Assembly: GCA_051294375.1 (NCBI GenBank)
Contig: CM119270.1
Span: forward strand, 6,937,279-7,001,278
Length of the DNA stretch: 64,000 bases
Reading direction: 5' to 3'
Source: Paraspadella gotoi
Taxonomy: Eukaryota; Animalia; Chaetognatha
Made by a program: the position numbers and the translations under genes. The notes under the pieces are model-generated. The model did not search any database. It was not told where the DNA came from and was given only the letters and a program-made list of their open reading frames with translations. Below are positions 57,101 through 64,000 of the stretch, in pieces (the stretch's first letter is position 1; each line of letters starts with the position of its first letter).

Positions 57101-60100
57101 TTGGATCAATCTCCACGCCTCTGCATCGTCCTCGTCGACAACACGCCCCCATCCAAGCCGATTCCACGCGCACGCTCAAGAGCGTCTCCGCCATCGCCTC
57201 TCTCTCTTCCCTCTTTATTCCCGCCGCCATAATTCCGCCGTTGATGAGACAAAAGCGATGCGCTTCCACCCAATTCAGCCCATCCCCGTGGAAATAGTAA
57301 AACACATTCTCGGTAATTTCCGGAATGGCTAAATGCACGTGGAGCCTTTTGTTTTGCTTGTAGCAGGCGTCCGGGAGGCCGATGCCGAGACCGAACTGTA
57401 GGCAGTCGTTCAAGACTGGCTCGTCGCCGCGGCAATCGGGTCGCAAAAAGGGTTGGACGAGGACCGGCTGAAGGCGCGGATCGAAATGGGCGTGGCCGAC
57501 GATGATGGCGCCACCGCCTTCGCCCGAGAACGCTCGGGCAAAGACGCGACCGATGGCTTCGATCTTGGTCACGTTCTTATCCACGACGCAGATGGCGCCC
57601 CGGGGACTTGTGGCCGATTTGGCTACGACCGGAAATCCAACGTTTGGGTGACAGTCGGAATGAAACTCGATCGAATAGTCGGGATTCGGATCGACGACGC
57701 GGGTAGTGAATATTTTGAAGAGACATAAAACGATGATTGGAAAAACTAGGAGAAGCCAGAGGGGAGAGGCCACTGATGGATCTTCCGCTTTATCGGGATT
57801 ATCTGCGGCGCGACATCTTAAGAATATGCGAGCGATTAGCTGTTTAACGTTGTTGGCCTTGGAAGATTTCGTCGCCGGCAAAGTCTTGTCAGAATCTAAC
57901 TCGTGATTTCCTTCGATATCTTTATCCATTTCCTTCTCTTTCCCCGCGTCCTCTTCCGTCTCATTCTCAACATCTTCGCCTCCTCTTCGCACGATGTCAA
58001 AAGGCCGCTTCTCCCACAGATTCCAAACGAATACGAAAAGCGGACAATCGGATTCGTGCTTGAGAATCGAAAAGCTGAGGACGGAGTTTAGAATCGAGAA
58101 GACGAGCGTCGCGAAGAAAGTCAGGAGGCTGTTGTTGTTGGAGAGGGATTGGAGGACGTCGGACGCGATGCGGACGCGATGAACGGCGGAGGCGTCGACG
58201 ATGAAGAGCGAGACGATGAGAAAGATGATGAGGATCTTGGCTGAGAGAAAGACGACGTGGGCCCAACCGGGGAATAAGGATTTGTAGTGAACCTAGAGAG
58301 TGAAGAAAGGAATCATGCCTGTAATGCCCATTGAGATGGGACATCTCGCTGTGAGATTTGGGGGCTTCCGACCCTCAGTGACGCCTCCTGTCACTGGCGC
58401 GGTTACCCTAGGACAGTCTCGCTTTGCCTACGCAGAGGGAAGTCGTTAGGACTGTGGAGTGTGGATGGAACGCAACGCCTGGGATGGTGCGTTTCCCCTC
58501 TGAGCAAATGGTATTGGCTGAACGATGGTGCACGTGAGGCGGTGTGAATATACCACCACAGTATCTTCATTTATCTTTTTTTTTTCCTTTTAACATTTTG
58601 ATATTTTCTTCTACAAACTACGGCAAAGTTCTTCATGATATAAAAATACATTTTTGTTACGAAAAAAACATTTTTAGAAAACAGTTGCTATACTGTAAAC
58701 AATGTAATAAAATCTAACATACAATTGAAACATTCTTTGAAATATTTTCCACTTCAATTGATAGGGAAGTCAGGTACTCTGGAGTGAATAAACGAGACTG
58801 TGAGAGAGTCTTGATTGAAAGCTTGCAGGGACCTGCTATGTCATTATCTTGTAAGAGTGATGGAGGCCTTAAACCACCAAAGCCTGTCCAAAGTCAGGGG
58901 CAAGATAGCTTATTTATTAAATGAATGGATAATTTTTATATTGGTTGTACCAATTTCATAAAATTCAGCTCCTTGTATTTTGATGCTAGTGCGGAGTACA
59001 ATAAGTATTCCCATCTAACACTTAAGGAAGTGGTCTTTTCATACAATTGAAACATTCTTTGAAATATTTTCCACTTCATTGATAGGGAAGCCAGGTACTC
59101 TGGGAGTGAATAAACAAGACTGTGAGAGAGTCTTGATTGAAAGCTTGCAGGGACCTGCTATGTCATTATCTTGTAGAGTGATGGAGGCCTTAAACCACCA
59201 AAGCCTGTCCAAAGTCAGGGGCAAGATAGCTTATTTATTAATGAATGATAATTTTTATATTGGTTTTACCAATTTCATAATATATAATGCATTTACCAGT
59301 TCAACAAGCATAGCGAGAGTGACGAAAAACGCTGGAGGAAGAGCGATGATCGCGACGGACGGAAGCTGAAGGCGTTGATTCGGCGCCGGAAGCGAAAGCG
59401 CAAAAGAAAAGCGACATATTCCGCCGATGACGACGATTTCCGTGATGAGGAAGAGGACGACGACGAGCTTCGTCGTCCAAGGAGGACGAGAGGCGGAGAC
59501 GAAGCGAGGGAGTCTCTCGGTTGGATCGGGTCGAGTCACTTCTTTGTTGTCGTTCACAGAGTCGTGGTTATTTCTTTCACAGTTTTCACTTTTATTTAAG
59601 TCCTCTTCATCTTTCGCAACATCGGAATTTTCTTTTTTTTCACCGGTCGTTTCTTCTTTTCCATCGGCCATTTCTTCTTTTTCATCAGCTGTTCCTTCTT
59701 TTCCATTTTCTTTTCCATCGGCGGTTTCTTTTTTTCCATCATCTGTTTTTTCTTTTCCATTTTTTACATCGTCTGTTTCTTCATTTCCATCAACTTTTCC
59801 ATTTTTTACATCGTCTGTTTTTTCATTTCCACCATCTTTTCCATCGTCTGTTTTTTCTTTTCCATCATCTTTTACATCTTTTATATCGTCTGTTTCATTA
59901 TTTCCATCTTCTTTTCCATCTTTTACATCGTCTGTTTCTTCATTTCCATCAACTTTTCCCTCTGTTTCTTCCTTTCCACTCTTTGTTTCTTTTTCTCTAC
60001 CATCTGTTTCCTCTTTTACAACTTCTCCCTCAACCTCGCTGCCATCAGCTTTTGCTTTTTTTTCATCGCCGTCATATTTATCTTCTTTACCATCTTGTTT

Positions 60101-60496
60101 ATCTTTCTCAAGTTCTCCGTTGTCTTTATTGACATCGGATTCATCTGTTCCGTCATCTGCTTTTTTCTTCCGATCAGGATTATCCTCTTTGATATTTTCG
60201 GAGAGCTTGGGATTTTCATACTTATCGTTGTCATTCTCATCTATGCCAACAGTCTCGTCATCCCGACGTCTCTCGTCATCTTTGCTTTTATCAGTGTTGC
60301 CTTTTTTCTTACTAAATTTGACAACAGCCAAGGCAGCCACAATGCTCACAACTGGATTCATTTCTACATCCTCCAAACCCGTCTTCGACGAAAGTACCTA
60401 GATTAGTAAAATAAAATCATTTTAAAATAAAAACATACAGAACATTTTTAAAACCTACTTCTCCCTCTTCTTCGTAAATTTCGCCGTCGCGGTCGT

Positions 60497-60527
<31 letters not shown>

Positions 60528-61970
60528 ATCGCTGTCGCCGTCGCCGCCGACGCTAGCGCCGCCGCCGACAACGAAATCCGCCAGACCGAGACTCAACGTG
60601 ACGGCGGAGGAACAAACGGAGATCATCTGAGCGAAGGAGAGAGATCGGACTCCTCCCTGTCCCTTGGCACTGGTCATGAGAAGCTGCAGGAAGATTAATG
60701 TTAAAATTACTATTATAATATTTTGAAAAATCCTATATTTTTGGGTATGTTGTCGTTTTGTTTGAAAAAAAAAATTAAATTCTCCTATATAGCCTATTTG
60801 TTACTTAAACTTAATATAATATAGACCTAGTAAAAATCTAACATACATCTTTCATACAATTGAAGCATTCTTTGAGATATTTTCCACTTCATTGATAGGG
60901 AAGCCAGGTACTCTGGGAGTGAATAAACGGGACTGTGAGAGAGTCTTGATTGAAAGCTTGCAGGGACCTGCTATGTAATTATCTTGTAAGAGTGATGGAG
61001 GCCTTAAACCACCAAAGCCTGTCCAAAGTCAGGGGCAAGATAGCTTATTTATTAAATGAATGGATAATTTTTATATTGGTTGTACCAATTTCATAAACTT
61101 AGTTGTTATATAACCTGGGTACAAAATTGGGGGAGACTCTCGGCAAAGATCTCGGCCAATTTGGCGGTTGCGGCCAACGCAGTTGCGGATGTAATGACGT
61201 CTGTCATAGAGTCTGGTCGGCGCCAGTTTTGTAACAGAGTGAAGAGGCAAAAAAAGTAGATGAGTGAAGGTCCCAGCATGGCCGCCGATCCCAGTAGCGC
61301 CGCGACGAGCCACGGCAGCGGGATGACCCTCGCTCGCCGGCGCCAGAGCAAGTGCCACGCCAGCAGGAAGAATTGCGCGGTGCCACCGGAAACGATCCAT
61401 AGCCAAGTGAGAAACAAGTGAATGGCGTCGTAGTTGGGGGGAGAGGAGAGCCAAACGGATTGTGAGAGAACGTAGCCCAACTTGGAGTCACCGCCGTCTA
61501 GGAAATTTATTTTAATGTTTAGCGTATCATCGAAATATTATATCGTAATAATCTTTTAGAAGTTATTTCTGACTTAGAAAATGAAAATGAACGGATATAA
61601 AAGCCTCGGGTCTTGGAAATTTTTAGTGATAAGGCCCCAGCAATGTTTTGGAAAAACATGTTTGTGAATCATTAAAAGCAATTTAATATTGAAAATTATT
61701 AGCTATTTTTTTAACTTGGAAGTTTTCTGGTGTTGTTAACCGATTTTTAAAAGTTGGATTTCCGAAAAATGCATCGCTTTTCAAATAATTTATGCTTTTA
61801 GGAGAGATTATAATGTTAGGCTTGTTCAGTTCAATGTTCACACTCTCACCGGGCACAGTGTCGTTTGGAAACGTCTGCGGAATCTGTTCTCGGGCGACGA
61901 GAACGTCGATGGCCACGTCCCAAAAGTACGACGCGATTTGGAGAACGAGACGAGCCACGGTGACCCACAT
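54177..61970 (-). CDS. XK-related multipass membrane protein fused to an SRCR-like and three C-type lectin domains (~1625 aa, 10 exons)
   Basis: Exons 61970-61850, 61497-61115, 60683-60459, 60397-59297, 58292-57095, 56720-56563, 56457-55269, 54973-54896, 54732-54608, 54476-54177. All introns are GT-AG and phase-consistent; 4878 nt with no internal stop. XK motifs: YFWDVAIDVLVA, KLAEIFAESLPQFCTQ, QMISVCSSAVTLSLGL. SRCR-like: GAIC..GHAHF..DCRGDEPVLNDC. CTLs: LNWVEAHRFCLINGG..AWMG..LPFFCK; LSWLAALDVCAKLGGQLA..IWTG..WAPGEPD..FPFVCEK; AHGFC..GHLAVVNS..FWTD..WQRFQPD..TICE. Confidence 0.85.
58316..58560 (-). mobile_element. Unclassified GC-rich dispersed repeat, copy 2 (intron 4 of the XK-lectin gene)
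   Basis: Reverse-complement match to 46547-46760, with a ~20-bp internal indel. Confidence 0.7.
58718..61097. repeat. ~240-bp repeat, three same-orientation intronic copies (~58718-58960, ~59040-59282, ~60853-61097) and a fragment at ~40895-41000
   Basis: Shared text 'catacaattgaa.cattctttga...gatggaggccttaaaccaccaaagcctgtccaaagtcaggggcaag...accaatttcataa'. Confidence 0.85.
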
Positions 61971-63912
61971 TGTTTACAAAAATCCATAAAACTCTAGGAG
62001 GTATTAGAATGAGTCGTTTGATGGATTTCTTAGTGAGTACGGAGGACTAATTTACAGAGGAGCCTCTTTTTTCTCTGTCACGAAACCCAAATCGGGTTAA
62101 TGATGTCAGTTTCAAGTCAGTTAGAGTCATTTTCGTTTTCCGTTTTCTGTTTTTCATTGGCATGTATGAAATAAGAGCCTTTTTTGTTATTTTAGCTTCC
62201 CTACATCATTGAGTTCTTTAATTTAATTTAATATCGCCCCAATTGCGATATCATCGTTAGTTACTTTAGACGTGGATCGATTCGTCAGGCGACTCGTCCT
62301 TCTCACGCGGGGGTTTTTGCGCTTCGGCGCCTTATAAATTAGTCTTCCAAAGCTAGTTCAATTGTCAGACGAGAGAGAGAGATGTCGTTGAGAGAGATCG
62401 AGAGTTAACTCGAGGAGAGCAGAGAGACGTCGAGATTGAGAGAGATTCGAGAGAGACGAGAGAGGCCACATCCGAGAGAGAGAGAGAGAGAGAGCGCTAA
62501 TCCTTTGTCAGGCATAATTATCAGGATTCAATGCTTTTTAAGAAATAATTTTTATAACAGTACAATGTTTATTAGGTGTTTAGTGGGTGAAAATCCACTG
62601 GCTGTCAAAGATGTCAATGGAGCCAGAGGCGTGTCATTCGTCTTTTAACTCAAAAGTGTGAATTAGGCTCTTATCCCGCATCTATCATAGTGCTAGAGCC
62701 CGTTTCCGAAGCTATAGGACTGATAGTTTATGAACAGTTAATTAATTCTCTCTCAAGTTTTCGTATTGTTCAGTGACTCATTTAAGCTGTCTTTGTAAAT
62801 TTTTCTACTTTTTTCAAACTTTAGATTCCGAATAATCAATTATTGGGAAACAAAAACCATCGTTCTTTTGTTGCGCTGAGCTTAAGGTAAGCACGCCTCT
62901 AGCGAAAAATCAGTGGGTTCCCCTATATTGCGATGTATGAACAAAAGCACATTTAACAGTTTGTAAAATGACTGACAAATGTAAAATGAGGTTATTATTT
63001 GTAATGCGGCGCAAAGTCCTCGGACCCGTCCTCAAGGAAATATACAATACAAAACATCAACACTTATGCCTTCAGGTGACTCGAAACAACTTCAGTCATT
63101 TGGATGACCTAAGTCACAAAGATTTTTTTCAATGGTTTCCAAACCTTTTTATATTTTTCTAACATTAATTTAGAGGATTAGATAGTAATACTAGAAATAT
63201 TTCATTAAACCATTGCCAATACTGATTTTAATTCATCTTGTTTTTTCAGTCAAAATTATTTTGAAAATTTCAAATTTTTTTAAAAATTTTCCCCACAGAT
63301 TTTTTCGTCTCTTTCCAATCGTCATCTAAAAAATATATCATTTAAATAAAAATCAGTAAAACAAATAGTTAAGATTTAAGTATATCAACTGATATAAATT
63401 AACCCAATTAACTCAGTTAACTCAGTTAACCGTTTTTTATAAATTCAGACGGAACGCCTCTGTTCTTTTGTTGAGTTGTCTTTCCAAACTAAGAGAGAAT
63501 CTGTCGAGGGTTTTTTGAATTACATTAGGGAATCAAAAGAGCATTATTGAAGTTGGTAAAATTCTTATTCGATCCCTTTCAATAATAATATTCAATGATA
63601 ATAAGCTCGTTTTTCAACTGTATCTTTTAAATACCTGATATATAAATAATTAGAAATTAAAAAAAATCTTTCCTAATCTTGCCAAGTATTAAGATCCTTA
63701 CAACCTGAATAACAAAGCAAAACCAAACTAAAAAGAAGTAAATTAAACTGGCTGACTACTTAAATTTACTCTATAAAATTACTATATGACCGAAAAATGA
63801 GGAAACGAGAGATGAGATGAGATGAGATGTGCGATTTATTCCATAGAATTCTTTATTTTGATTAATGATGACGAAAGGTAAAGAAAATCGGTCAGAGTAG
63901 GAGAGAGAGACG

Positions 63913-63955
<43 letters not shown>

Positions 63956-63959
63956 AGAG

Positions 63960-63991
<32 letters not shown>

Positions 63992-64000
63992 AAGAGGAGA

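Noticed and set aside
59427-60401. 324-aa Ser/Phe-rich plus-strand ORF
   Set aside because: It is the antisense shadow of the acidic repeat exon of the XK-lectin gene.

Overview
Eukaryotic (metazoan, probably invertebrate) genomic scaffold: AT-rich, with GT-AG introns, dense (AG)n/(ACG)n microsatellites, many N gaps and stretches of indel-rich, long-read-like sequence. Four genes can be supported. (1) The 3' part of an ABCC/MRP transporter (+, <1-2970). (2) A heavily frameshifted, ~4.2-4.5 kb SAMD9/SAMD9L-like gene (-, ~8465-12937; AlbA-like, SIR2-like, STAND NTPase, TPR-like and OB-fold-like segments) that the ORF track almost entirely misses. (3) A C1orf87-like EF-hand gene (+) whose last exons are 33774-33873, 34010-34402 and 52287-52456, with a possible first exon near 3812. 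(4) An intact 10-exon gene (-, 54177-61970, ~1625 aa) fusing an XK-family multipass membrane domain to an SRCR-like domain and three C-type lectin domains. Mobile DNA includes Penelope-type repeats carrying minimal hammerhead ribozyme cores, Helentron-associated (HINE/DINE-1-like) elements including a head-to-head pair, a LINE RT fragment and two unclassified dispersed repeats. Several kb-scale direct duplications flank 25-N gaps and are probably gap-filling artefacts. All homology calls are from manual translation and motif recall; no searches were run.
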